DNA from: Raillietiella orientalis
Taxonomy: Eukaryota
Reading direction: 5' to 3'
Assembly: GCA_036172245.1 (NCBI GenBank)
Contig: JAYWIR010000079.1
Span: 248,001 to 312,000 of the forward strand
DNA: 64,000 bases
The translations under genes were made by a program, and so were the position numbers. Below, piece by piece: positions 50,101-62,700 of the stretch (positions within the stretch are counted from its first letter, which is position 1; each line of letters opens with the position of its first letter). Below the pieces are notes generated by a model. It was not told the DNA's origin, made no database searches, and worked only from the letters and a program-made list of their open reading frames with translations.

Positions 50101-53100
50101 AGAGACGAAGGAACGGCCCTGTGTTTTCGCCCACATATCCAAGATATCAGGAAAGAATGAGGTGGGGGGAGGGAGGGCAGGTAGACGGTAGGAAAGGGTA
50201 ACGGCAACTGCTCCAACTGAAGCAGTGGCAACAGTGATCCAGAGCAGATGCGTCACGTGCTGCTCTCGGGGTTTTGACGATCCCCTCACAGGAAGTGGAG
50301 TCACGTATGTATCTCCGCAAGACTCGATTCCTCCTCCACCTCCTCCATTCGTGCTCCTTCCCGACCCCACAGTCGCTCACGGGAGCCCAGCTAACATGTG
50401 CAAGCCCCCCGGGCAGGATCCTCTCTCTCTCTTGTATGCACGAAAAACCGGGAGCATCCGGAAACTCATCCGACGGGATTCTCCTTCTTCCCTTCCGCTA
50501 GAGCTTCACGAAGTCCGCAGCGCATCCCGCAGCGATCCATCGGCTGGCGCCCTTGACGGCGGTTGCTTGGTGCCAACTCAGAAAAAAAATTACCTAGAGC
50601 GGTAATTGCTGACGCCTGCTTTCCGATCCGGACTCTGCTAAGTGATTGTTTGCTCCCTCTCTCCTTGCGTCAGCCGCCATTGTTCTTTGCTCCGGAGGGT
50701 CTCGTCGTCGTGCTTGGCTGACCTCGGCACCTGCGAAACCTCGCGGCGTGGTCGATTCCCGTCCGCGAGTGCGGGTCGTTGCCGATGCTCTGACAGTATA
50801 CAGTTGATGCTCGAGAGGGGGAGGGGAGGGGGAGGGGGAAAAAAGGAAAGGAATCACCCCCGCTTCCCGCTGCGGGGATCTGAAAAAACGCGCATTGAGG
50901 GAACATCCGGGGCTCCAGGGATGCTTCTCTATCGTTCGCATGGTAGGACACGCAAAATCATCTCCTCTTCTTTCATCAGATTACTTTTTTTGAATCCGGG
51001 TTCGGCTTCATCTAGGAGGGAGGATGACCCTCCGGGATGGCATGCTCATGTTTTGACCACCTGTGGTGGTGTCTCTGGAAAACGAAACTTCCAGAGGCGC
51101 GGGAGCTGAGCGGCTTCGACCCCCTTTTCGTTCCCGCTATTCCAGAGCGGCAGCGCCGAACCAAAGAAGAATTTTCAGGGAGCTTCCCCGTCAGCAAACA
51201 GAATTCTCTTTCAGGGTTGAAGAGCGTGGGGTTGTGACAAACAGGATCATTCTGTTCATCCAAAGGGAATCGTCCTGTTTCTCCATGACGGAGGGAACGA
51301 ACCAGAGTTTCTGTCAGGAATCATGGGGCTGCTGCGGTCCCCCAGCTGAGCAAATACACCAAACATTGCCTCCGCAGAGGAAGAAGCGGCTTGCTCAAGA
51401 TGCAATTGTAGGGGCCAGTGATGACTCTCACAGAATAGTCCAGTTTTCATGGGATATCTCATCTTTTCCTGAGACCTGCCTGAATCCACTTATTCTCTCC
51501 ATGCAGCCAGAGGCTCCCCTTTCTGATTTCAGGACCACTAATCGAGCGAATGAAGTTCTTTCGAGCCGGATACACCAGAAATTCCACGAAATTCTTCCTC
51601 CTCCGCCCGCTGCTCCTTCGTACTTACCTGTGCTCTCCGACTCGCAGCCGCATGGACAAGAGTCAGAGACAATGAATGGGACGGAGTCAACAATGGAAGG
51701 CGAATTGTGACGACGGCAGCAATGGGTCCGGCGACAATGGATTGAGCGTGGAAACAACAATGGAGAAAGAGGCAACAACGTCAGACATGATAAAACGAAT
51801 GGCAACGGTGACACCTGTGGCAGAAGGGAACAGAGCTCTGTGAGCTCGTTCTGAAATAGTCCGTGGAGGAAGCGGCTGCGGTGTGGAACGACTGCCGAAA
51901 ACGGGACCGAGAAACGCAAGCGTGAGGTTGAGACGTTGGAAAAGGGGAGTGGGAAGCCTCTCTCGGGAAGCGAGATTTCGCAAAGGGGCGAACGCAGTCG
52001 GCCGGACCTTTTCCCGCCAACATCTAAACCCAGCGATCTCCGCGCGAGAGCCGGGATCCGATAACTTCCCGTCGCTTCCAAACTCCTCCTGGGAAGAGAA
52101 AGGCAGCGGGAATCAGGAAGGAAGAGAACTTCTTCCCTTCCACTGAGAACGCCCTTTTCCTCATCTCCCTTTTCTTCCCAGATTTCGTAGGATCTCGCTT
52201 GTCGCACTGGTCCCCTCCGGTTCTCCTACAAAGCGCCTTACACCGGACATGTGCAATGGCAGTTTCCCTGCAGCACACCCTTGCGCCTCCAATTCCTTGT
52301 TGCAACACCAGTTACACACGATGAGGGTAAGAGTCGGTGAGATCAAACGTAGCTCTGATGCTGAGGAAGGGGGGGTACGAGGGGCGGGGGCAAGGGGACC
52401 AGTGCCGTGTCGAAGGCAAAGTGGAATTCGAAGGAGTAGGCGCTCAGCCGTGGGACGACGATTCGAAAGGGGACGTCGGGGACATTGGGATGGCCTACCT
52501 GAACCCGAGCCTCTGTGAGGTCGATCTTCATGGCGATCTCCTCGCGGGTGTAGATGTCCGGGTAGTGGGTCTCCTGGAAGGCACGCTCCAGCTCTCGCAG
52601 CTGCGCTGACGTGAAGGTGGTGCGTATCCTTCTCTGTTTGCGCTTCTCACTCAGCGCAGCGCCATCATGAGCAGCGTACATCTTGTAGGGCAGGGACGCG
52701 CCTGCGGAGGGAAGCAGAGAGCGGTGGGCCAGGTAGTAGACATGATGGCGAGAACGTGATGGGGCGCCGGTGGGCAGCAGGCGGGGAGTGGAGGGTGCAT
52801 AGGGTTTCGGGTTTTACGAGGTGCAGTGGGGCCGACGAGGCGCGCGCGGTCTCACCTTGCATCCCCACGGACGGGGAAAAGAGAGGAGTCCTGTAGTGGT
52901 GATGCTGCTGGTCCTGGGACCCGCTGCCGTTGCCACGTGAAACGACTGCGCAGGATGGCGCAGCGGAGGCAAGAGCAGCGGTGCCTCCTGGGAAGGCACC
53001 ACCACCTCGCACGCTGGAGGCGTACCCCATGCGGTACGCTTGGCCCATCTGGCTGCAGGAGCTGAGCTCCGGGTAGGAAGGACATGGAAGGGGGCCAAGC

Positions 53101-53177
53101 CCTGCCGTGGGGTCCACAGACGGCAGGGAGCAGCCGCCGCCCTCGAAGCCCCCGTGGTTCAGGTACGAGTACTCCAT
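47188..53177 (-). CDS. Phox2: Paired-like homeobox protein Phox2 (PHOX2A/B, PHDP/CEH-17 family), 357 aa
   Basis: Exons 53177-52856, 52701-52499, 48624-48333, 47444-47188 (1074 nt, phase-consistent). N-terminus MEYSYLN in a GCCGCCATGG context. Homeodomain [67 protein letters not shown] has the PRD-class intron between codons 46 and 47. The C-terminus GPFPSFL...KPVLHSQLF* resembles vertebrate Phox2 ends. The last exon is slightly less certain. Confidence 0.93.
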
Positions 53178-53299
53178 GGCGGCTCGGTAGGGGGAGCTCT
53201 CTCCTGGGGGAGGGGGAAAGGAGGGGAGGAGTCGCCGCAGGGGGGTAGGGGAGGGGAGGGGAGGAGGACGCTGCCGCGGATGCGGAGCGGGGTGGTGGG

Positions 53300-53323
53300 C
53301 TGCTGCTGCTGCTGCTGCTGCTG
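53300..53323. repeat. (CTG)8/(CAG)8 microsatellite upstream of the Phox2 start codon
   Basis: Eight perfect CTG units about 120-150 nt 5' of the ATG. Confidence 0.9.
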
Positions 53324-53439
53324 CTTGTCAGGCGGACACGGGCTCGCTCCTCCCGGGTTCCGGCGGGCGCGCGCGGTTCCTCCGGGAGCGACGGCAGTCG
53401 ACTCCCCCTGCGCGCGCGCAAGTGCCACACTCTCCTACA

Positions 53440-53569
53440 ACCCCCTCTTTTCCTCTCTTTCTCCCTCTCTCTCCCTCTCTCCCTCTCCTTCTCTTCCTCT
53501 TTTTCTCGTTCTTTTCCTCTCCCTTTGCCTTCTTTCCTCCCTCCTCGTCTCTCGCTCCTCCTCCTCCTC
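53440..53569. repeat. Polypyrimidine/polypurine (CT/GA) tract in the Phox2 5' region
   Basis: About 130 nt that are almost exclusively C/T on the + strand. Confidence 0.75.
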
Positions 53570-53593
53570 AAGGGCGCGCCGCACGGAGGAAGC

Positions 53594-53773
53594 CCAATGA
53601 GAGGGCCGGCTAGCCGCGTTGCTGAGAGACTCAGGGACGTGTCTTCGGGAGATGAGCTCCTCGGCGGGACTAATTCAATCAGAAAGGCTGTAGATCAAAT
53701 TACGTGGCGCCGAACGAGCGCGTGCGCACACGCGCACGGGCGGGAGACGCCTCCCCACGGGGGCGCGGCCAAT
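53594..53773 (-). promoter_or_regulatory. Putative Phox2 proximal promoter with CCAAT boxes and paired-type homeodomain sites
   Basis: CCAAT at 53594-53598 and 53769-53773 flank TAATTCAATCA (53671-53681) and AGATCAAATTA (53692-53702), 0.4-0.6 kb upstream of the ATG in CpG-rich DNA. Confidence 0.4.
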
Positions 53774-56700
53774 AGGGAAGCCGCGCTCGCAAGAAGTGCA
53801 GCCCTACGCTCTCGGGGGAGCGCCTGCGCCGCCGTCTCAGTACGGGAGCGGTGGCGGCGCGACGCCGACAGCCGGGGAGGAAGGGCGGCGGAAGGCAGGC
53901 AGGGTGATGTAGGAGAAAAGAGGTCGGGCGACGCTCCTGCTCCCCTCTTACCCTCCTCCAACCTGGCCGCCGGCTCCAGAGGCGACCACCTGCCCTGGGG
54001 TTCACTCCTACGTCACCGAGCAGCCACACCGGCCACGAGGGGAGATGGCGATCCCGTGCGCTGCGCGCCGAAAGCGCCTTCCTCAAGTCCGCAACACGGA
54101 GGTGGCTCCGCGAGTGCGACACGAAGGAGAGGGCACGGGAGATGTCCCGGTCCCGTAATGAGCCATCGCGAGAAGCAAATGGCGTTTCTGTCGACGCGAC
54201 TTTTCCAGCGTTCTTGAAGACACGGGAGGGAGGTCCAGCGGCTCGTTGTAGTGTCTTCGGATCCCTCCATGTTCCAGCTGCTTTCGGAGGATGGGGTACA
54301 CCTTACACCCCGGGGAGGGGTGACTGCCTCGTTCCCCTCCTGAAATGGGGGAGGGAGGAGTAAACTAAGAAGTGGTGGTGCCGGACTCACCGGCAAATGG
54401 CAAGCCGCGAGTTCCCAGAATCCAAAGCGACATGCCTCTCCTCTGCTTCCCCTAGCCCTCCTCAATCCCACCCCCAAACCCTCTTCCCGAGGAGAATGAG
54501 GCAGAAAGAGTCCAGCCGGCGCGAAGGGCGCCTCCGAGTCAGCCGTGCCTCTAGGGGCGACCGCGCTCATCCCACAGCGCATCGCCGTCCTCCGCCAGCT
54601 CCCTACTCGTGCGACGGACGCGGTAGGATGCGGCGTGAAATTTCCGTGCTATCCGACCGGGGAGAGCGAGAGAGGGAGAGCGAGGGGAGTCAGTCGGCGT
54701 GGCGGACGCGAGGGACCGCGCACGATTTACGGGAGCGGGCCCTTTGTCGCTGCGCAGGGCGCATTTCTTCATTAGCGGAGCGTCCCGGCTCCGTGATGAC
54801 ACTCGCTGGACCCTCTTTGTTCCGTCGGAGGCTGCATCCATTCGTACATCGTTTTCCGTTGATTAATACGCGATTTTCTGCGCTCATCCTCCTCTTCCCC
54901 TCCCCTTCTTCCCCTCCCCCTTCCCGGAAGGTTTGTGAGGCTACGGGACCCTCTTTGTCTTCCACGGGAAAGCGAACTCTTCCCCCGCTTTCATGATTCG
55001 AAGATGGGGGAGGCGGGGGAGAAGGAACTCGACCCTCATCCTCGTTGGTCCCGGGAGCGAAAGGGAGGCGGAGGACTGAGGGGATCGAAAGGAAAAGTGG
55101 AATTTCCCTGCTGTCTGCGCGATCTGCAGCGTCATCGCCTCCTCTATTCCCGTCTCCTCCTTCCCTTGGATGGTTTTCCTTTCCTCGTTCCCTCCGCGGT
55201 TCCCAGAAACAGCTATTTCCGAAGACCACCTCCAGAGAAAGCGTCATCACCTCCTCTTTTATCGCTTTGTGCGCTTCGACCTAGGGAAGCCAACCCTCAA
55301 CAGATTCATGTGTGAGAGGACGGGTCAGCTGATCAAGGAAGAGCTGGAATTATTCAGAGAAGTCCAGAAGTGTGGACCAGCTCTCTCCTTGCTGCTCCTT
55401 TTGTTCTTCACTCCTCATTTTCCAGCCTTCTAGTGGTCTGGCTGAGTTGTGGGAACAGAGGTTGCCGAAAGCGGAGAGGAAGACTCCCAGGGAACAGCCA
55501 CTTGGAATCTCAGAATCATTGCTTGGTGAGGCATTCTGAGTACGCTTCAGATCCAGGGATCCTGTGCCTCCTTTTCCTTACCATTCGCGGAGCTTCCTTT
55601 TTTTAGTGCCTGCATCAGCACGGGAGCAGCCGCGCTGCACCCGAGATGCCGCTTGCAGCTCTGGAGGACCCTCCTAGGAGACACCCTCGGAGGATCTGAC
55701 GGAGGAAGAGAGGCACCTCAAGAGACCATCGGGATAGCTGGTGGCTCAGAGGGGGATGCGGATGGGACTCCTCAGACTGACTCCCTCTGGCCGAGGATTG
55801 CGCAGCTGCTCGTTCCCGGAAGATGCGGACTCGCCTCCGAGATCCAGCTGGAACCGAAAGACAACAGTGAAGGTGCCTTGTGAGTGTCCCACCCTTTTCG
55901 GTTGCCTCCTTGCCCAGACTCACCTAACTCCACCCTTCCTACTGCAACCGTATTCTGCTCTTCCCTCCTCTTCCATGTAGCCGGAGAACCTGCTGCTTGG
56001 TCGGGGTTCCCTGCACCCTCGTGCTTCCTTCTGGCCATCTTCCAGAAGTCCTTTCCTGCGTGGTTCTCTAAGCCTCTAAGCTGTCAGGACGCACTCGCGT
56101 CTGCCTCTTCGGGATGATGTCGAGACGGGAGTGTTGCACCAGCCAGGGATCTCAGGGACTCTGCTGTCTGATTTCCAATGCTCTTATGGCATCAAGTACC
56201 AGAGGTGTAAGGGGGCGATAGATGCCCTTTGTTCTCAACGGTTGCCGAAGACTTGGATCCGCCTAACAAGTGGCCTCCAACCCACCCAATCCTGTCTCTA
56301 TAGACAAACGCTTTGAACGTCTTTCGGATGGACATTTTGAGAAGCCTCCATTCTTGATGGACGGCCGTTTGATTTCATCTCTTTCTCAGCCTCCACACCT
56401 CAAAACGGCACTTCTCACCCTGCTCTCTCGTGTCCGATCCTCCGGAGTTACGTGCAGTCTTTCTGCCTGAGACATCAATTGAATACACGTTTCCCGCCTT
56501 CGGAAGTGGAAGAACAGGAAGATGAGAGAGATCGTCCGAAGTTCCGTGGGTTAGACACCAGAGGTTCCGCGATGCAAGAGCGCCTTCCTCACCAAGAGGT
56601 CGCCCGTCAGCTGTGGGTAGCGACCGCCTTCAGCAGCTTCAGCCTTCCGAAGCCACCTCCTCTTCTCATCACGCTCTTTTTTCGCTCTCTGCCTTCCTTC

Positions 56701-59700
56701 CCTCTTCCGTTTCCTAATGCTGCCGCTGTTGCTGCACGCTCCTCTGAGGACCGAACAAGTTGCTGAGGAAAAACCGCTCCTGTTTAAAGCCATGCTAATG
56801 CATGGCTCTGAGAACCGACAAGGCTGGATCCTGCGATGATGCCTCCCTTTCTGTCCACTTCCGTCCTTGCAGCACGTTAGCTGCTCCTGTCCCGGACGAC
56901 GGAGCACGCGCGTTTAACTTTCTCGGAGCGGGGCACCCTGCGAGCAACTTTGCCTCAGACAGCCTCGCTCTCGCAGGGGTGCCAAAGAGTTAGCTCGCGC
57001 TCCCAGAAGGGGACAGCGGGAGGCTAGAATCCTCTTCCTTTCTGGGTGAACCAATCTGGTGCTCAGTCTATTGCAGCCGAGAAGCTGGTGTCTCTTATCT
57101 TCCATACTGGGGTGTCGGTTCAAGTCCACCTCGAGCGCTGCGGTCAAAGGACATCATTCCGACACAGGACGAAAGTCCCTGGGTTAGACACCAGGGTCTC
57201 CCTCAGTGAGGTTCATCTACCTACTGCTTCCTTTCTTTCTCGGTCACCCCATCTCGCCGTACTCCTTCCTCCGTTCTGTCGCTCCATCTGCGACTACGTG
57301 AATTCTATTTGAGAGTAGGGAAGAGCCTAGCAGTCTCTATGCATGTTTGTTTATGAATTATTCAATCAATGAGCTCTCCGGAGTGACTGGATTAAAACCC
57401 CTTCGTTCCCCAATCATACCAAACTGGATGAAGTCTGGCGTGCATCTTTTGAAAGCAGTACATAGGGATGCGTGTCGCCGCAGTTCGCAGTTCAGCGTTC
57501 AAAATGGAGCCTGAAGCAGCCAGAAATTCTGATGAAAGAGGAGCTGCTGCCTTCCACTCCCTGTCCAACACAGGACGTGATGCCTTCAAAATCACGAAGA
57601 ACTGACGGTCGTTGGGGAGGATGCGATTGGCAGTACCATCCGATCTCATGCAAAAGTTCCAAACACAAATGGTAACGATCCATCTGAAACTGATGATCTG
57701 GAACTCGTTTTCTTCGAGGAAAAAGGGAGAAGCGAGGTTGGAAAAAAAATGCATTGCAGGTGGAAGAAAGCCCTGATTTTGGCCTTGACCAGCGGGCAAC
57801 GTACAGTTGCGCTTGTTCAAGGATAGTCGAGAGGTTTAACCGCACTGGAGCAAGAGATGCAAGCTGCATTCTTTCTCTTATGGAGGAAGCAAAGCACTGC
57901 ACACCGACAAAAGGCGTCATGAAACCCAACAGCACTGCGTCCTCACGCACCATGTTGCCCTGACGCCCGTCTGACCTGCCTGACCTGACTCAGGACGCTC
58001 TTTCTCAGACGAAAGTTCAGGAATGAAAGAGGTGGTCGACGTAGGAACGAAGACGGATACCGAAACATCTAAAATCGATCTCAAATCCTTACTTTTGGGT
58101 GCAGGAAGTCGCGAGAAAGGAGGAGAACCACGTGGGGAGAAAAAGATCTCGAAAAGACGAGACGAGAGTTTGTCCGCTTCTCTCACAGTTTTTCCTGTTG
58201 CGGATATTCGAGCGAGAGAAGAGTGAAAGGGGGAAAAAAAAGCAGAAAGAGGAAGGGACGAGAAGACTTGCAAAGTGCTTCCAGGTTGAGGCAGCTCTGA
58301 CTAAAGGGTGGCCTCCACTCCTGAGGAAGCAAATGGCTGAAACCACCAAAACCTATTTTTCCTTCCCTGTCAAGATGAGAAGGCGGTCCGTGGCGTTCTC
58401 GATCTCTCAAAAGGAAGCAGGAAAACGCCGCATCCCAGACACGAGCTGGATTCGCTCTGGAGAAGAAGTCGGCGGGCGTATGTTTCCTGAGGATGCTGAG
58501 CTCTCGACAGAGATGTCCGTCCATCCGGATCATCCGCGGGATCTCGTGGAACCGGCGAAGCGAGGCTGTCTCCGAGCATTCCCATTCCGTTCCACGCGTC
58601 CAGTCAGGTGCTTGGGACGGGAGGAGGGGAAGAGGGAGCGGACGGATCCGTTAATTGCCCCCGTTTAGCTGGATCTCATCCACCCTGAGTGCCAGCTCAG
58701 CCACTCGAGCTTTGACGCGGTTTCGGCACGCCACTCTCCGCACGCGCCCCAAGTCCACTCGCGCGCGCGCCGCACCCAAAGGCATGCTCGTGTTTCAAGT
58801 GCGCGTTTCCGCGCACGCGTGCGTGCGGGTGCAGGTGCATGCGGGCATGCTCGCGCCCCTCACGCACGTGTGCGCTCGCCTGCACGCGCTCGAGGCTTGT
58901 GAAAGCTTGAGGCCCGCTGGACCCCAAAGGATCGTTCCGCTGGGATGAGATTCAAAAGCGGGCGAGGTTTTCCAATGGATCAGCGTCTTGCTGCGGCCAC
59001 GCGTCTCCCTATGAATAGAGTTGCAAATCACGTACCTGCTGGGCTGCCGTTCGCTCCCACCAAAGAGGGATCCAGGACGCCTGAACAATCCCTGTCCGTT
59101 GTCCTCTGTTTTTTCCCTTCTCATCCCAGGTTCCTTCTTCCTCCTCCAGCTCAACCCCCCACTCGGGCCAGAGACGCAACACAACGGCCGAGTGGCTCCC
59201 TCTCGCAGCGACAGCCAATGAGCTGCGTGAATGGGGAGCTTTGGAACCTCTCCGCAGTTCGCACCCGGCGGCGGATGGACTAGCGGCCCACATTGTCGGC
59301 CCCTATCGTCAGAACGCATGGGGTTGCCCGTCCTTGCGCTCGGCACGGCCCCAGATAATGCCTGCGTTGCCTGTCGAGAAGCGTCCGCCGCCCCCAGGAA
59401 GAGATTTCAAGGCGGTGACGCGCCTGGAGAGCATCTTCGGAAAAACGGTCGGCCCTAGCGACGCGCTTCATCTCGCTGCAGCCTTCATTTCCTTCACGGA
59501 CTGTCTGCGCAAAGTAGGACGGAGGTTTTCCGCCGTCGCCAGCAGGACGCCGCCGCTGCTCCAAGGTTTCCGAGACGAAACCGGACGGACGTTCTCGTTC
59601 CCGCCACCGGCCACTCGCCAGTCTGCCAGGGGATCTAGCGGTGGCACAGCAGCTGGGGGAGTCAGCGCGGAGCGACCGACTTCCCTCCTTCTTCCCTCCT

Positions 59701-62700
59701 CGACTTGCTGTTCTCAGGTGCTTTCCCCATGCCGCGGACTTCAGAACCTTCGAGAAAAGCTGCCGCCGTCGCTCCCATTATGACACGCGAGATGTTTTGG
59801 CAGTGCTCTGCGCGCGCGTTCCCTAATCTCATTTGAGTGATGTTTTCATTGAGACTCAAGAGATGCTTTCGCTGTTATTGCAGGGATGCCTCGATTGCAG
59901 TTAACAGATGTTCCTGTTAATGCGAAGAGCTCTTCCCATTATTATTCGATAGATGTTCCCGTCTGTTCTTCTAATCCCAGCGTAGATGTTTCCATTGCTG
60001 TTCGAACTTCATTTTCTATTGTAATTCGGAAGAGAATTCCCGCTGCTGTTCTTCGGCTGATCCTCTGGTTTAGGAGGCCAGTGATGGCGCTCTGGTGGAT
60101 GCCTAAGCGGGGCGAACCATGGCGATGCTGAAGGAGGTCGCCAACAAACCTTCGTCCGGGTCGACGACCTGCTGGCGCGATTTTACAAAGTCTTTTTCCC
60201 GCCACTACCTTCGTCCCCATCCCCCTGGTTTTACTTTCAGATCCTTACTCTTTGACCCTACGTCCTCCCTGCAATTTGCCCCTGGTCAGCAAAAGCAACG
60301 GGAGTTGCCAAGGCCTTCGGCTTGCTGACTCGCGTTGCCCATGCTTTCCTTGCCTCCCATGACCTACATATAGGACTGTCCTTTGCTACTCTCGAGAGCG
60401 AGGCTCGCCTCCAGGGAGGGGGCAGGGTCACTAGGTAACTCTTCTCCCCTCCACTGGAGCGAAGCGCTGACACGAGGGACTTGAAGGGCACTGCGAGCGC
60501 GCGAGCGCTCTCGGAAAGGAGAGGAGAAGGAACGAGGGGAAGAAAAGCTTCCGAGTCCGATGACCACATCTAGCGGAGGGAGGGAGATTCTCCGGTAAGG
60601 AGGCACTTTGGATGGAGGCGATGGCTTCCGGGATCCAGTTGCTCAACTAGACCCACGGCTGAGCCGGCGGCGTCGCCGGCTAATTAGCAAGGCACACACA
60701 CGCGCCGAGAGCCAAAATCCGATTAGCGGACGGCGACGCCATCTTGAAAGCGCGTCCTTCCTCCCCACCTCCCTTTCTTTCCTTCTCTCGACCTCTCTTC
60801 GTTCCCGAAGACAAGGGAAGGGATAACGCCTGCCGGGACGGCGTCCCGCGCTGCGATTCCCCGAGGCTTTCTGGAAAGCCGGAACGGGGAAAAGCCGATT
60901 CGATTATCGCGCTTGAAGGAGCCGGTGTCATGGGAACACCGCAGAGAGGGGAAGGAGGGATGTCCCTCTCCCCCGGAGACATTCACGTCGCCCCACGGTG
61001 CCCACGCGCGAGGCGGCGGGACTGCTCTCATGGGGCGCGACCAGCTCGGTGGCTGGGCTCGGGTGACGAATCGCATCTTCCCGCCTGTTCTTCCTGAGCA
61101 GCCAAGCAGATGGAAGGAGTCGCTGCTCTGTGGAAGCGCACAGGAGGACCAGGGAGGAGAGATGTTCGAGTCCGACCTTCTCACGCGGGGCGCGCACGCG
61201 CTTTCGTCACGCCTCCTCTCGGCGGCGTGAGCCGAAGGGACGGACTCCCACGGCGGGGGCTCCAGCCTGCAGCATCCCTTGCGCGCGCGCTTCCACCTCT
61301 GCTAATTGGAGCTGCCGGGGACAGCGGAATCCTAGTTCTCCCTCAGCGCCGCGCTTCCCACCTCGCCCCGGTCCTTGACCGCGTTTTGCGTTAGCTCGCG
61401 AAGCTCCTCTTTAGGATGGGCTGTGGAAGCGGGAGAAGCGAATTCCCCTTCCCTCCCCTCAACCCCATTTTCCACTCCCCATCGCTGATAGGGAGGGAGG
61501 TGCAGGCTGCCACCCACCGAGAGTGCTCTTTTCCCTCTCTCGACGGCAGCCGAAAAAAAAAACTGCCCTGCTCGTGGGGTTTGGGACCGCTGCAGCCCCT
61601 ACGGAGACGATCGATGGTCGGACGATGGGAGAGCGCGTATCTCAGAATCGCCGCATCCCGGACTGCTGGGGAATCCAGAACTCGGCTTCCACGCTTCTGA
61701 GAGGATAGGAAGACTCATGGCTCTGCTCTCCCGCTTCCCGGGAAAACCCCCGAGACTGTTGGTGAGAGATCTCCGAGCTCCTGGACTACACCGCTCTGCC
61801 CCTTTCCGTCCTCACTCCTTGTCCTGCCCTCGCGCTTCGAAGAGCGGGAACCTCTCCCCCCTTCCTCCTCGAGAGTATCTTGACCTGCCACCAGGAGCGC
61901 CTCTTCCCCTCCCCGAATCGACCGTCGTTCCCCAGTTCACAGGATTTATCGTCCTCCCGACAACGCGCCGCTGCCCTGCCACGCTAGTTTCTGAGGCAAC
62001 GCGAAGCATGCGGGTGTGTGTGATGTGTGTGTGAGGGAGGGAAGGGGGGGGGGGAAGGGACTGGGCGAATCGCTCGAGGGAAGAGGAAGAAGCGCTCGCG
62101 GAGGAAGGCCTTCGTCGCACCACTTCTTCCTCCTCTTCCATCTCCCCCACTACTCTTCTCCCGTTCGATCGATACCCAAACTTCCCCTCCTCCCCTGCGT
62201 GCTCCGAGGAGCGCGTCCTCAGCGGACGGTGGCAGAGGGGAGCTTAGGGTTTTCCGCTCTCCCGGTGACCTTTTCCTCCTGCGGCTGATTTCTGACACCG
62301 ATGTTGGCAAGTGCACTCCCGCGTCGCGGCGCGCGCCAAGGTCTGAGCAGCATCCCTAAAGCCGGACGAAGCAAAAGCGAGGAGTGAGGGAAGGGAGAGG
62401 TGGCAAAAAGGGAGGTAGAAAAAGAAAAAAAAAACAGAAGAAGGGAAAAAGAAACAGGTAGGAAGAAAAGCAGAAGGGCGAAGGCAGGAAGAAGTGCAGC
62501 TTCGCAAAGCTCCGGAAGCTCCCACTAGCGGTGCTACGCAGAGGATGATGGAGGGGATGAAAGGAAGCAGATGAGGCTTTCCCCGAGACGGGAAGAGGAC
62601 GGGGAGAAGTATGGCAGAATTCTGGTTGTGTCAACACAATCAGAGGGGAAGGGAAAAAAGGAAAAAAAAATCGATCAGCTCAGGACCAATCCCCGCTAGG

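Noticed and set aside
53159..53428. PolyQ-containing ORF overlapping the Phox2 start
   Set aside because: It starts at GTG, not ATG, and is out of frame with Phox2; the repeat is better treated as non-coding.
57120..57212. Hammerhead-like GGACGAAA...stem...GTC arrangement
   Set aside because: No CTGANGA core, and two extra bases break stem III geometry.
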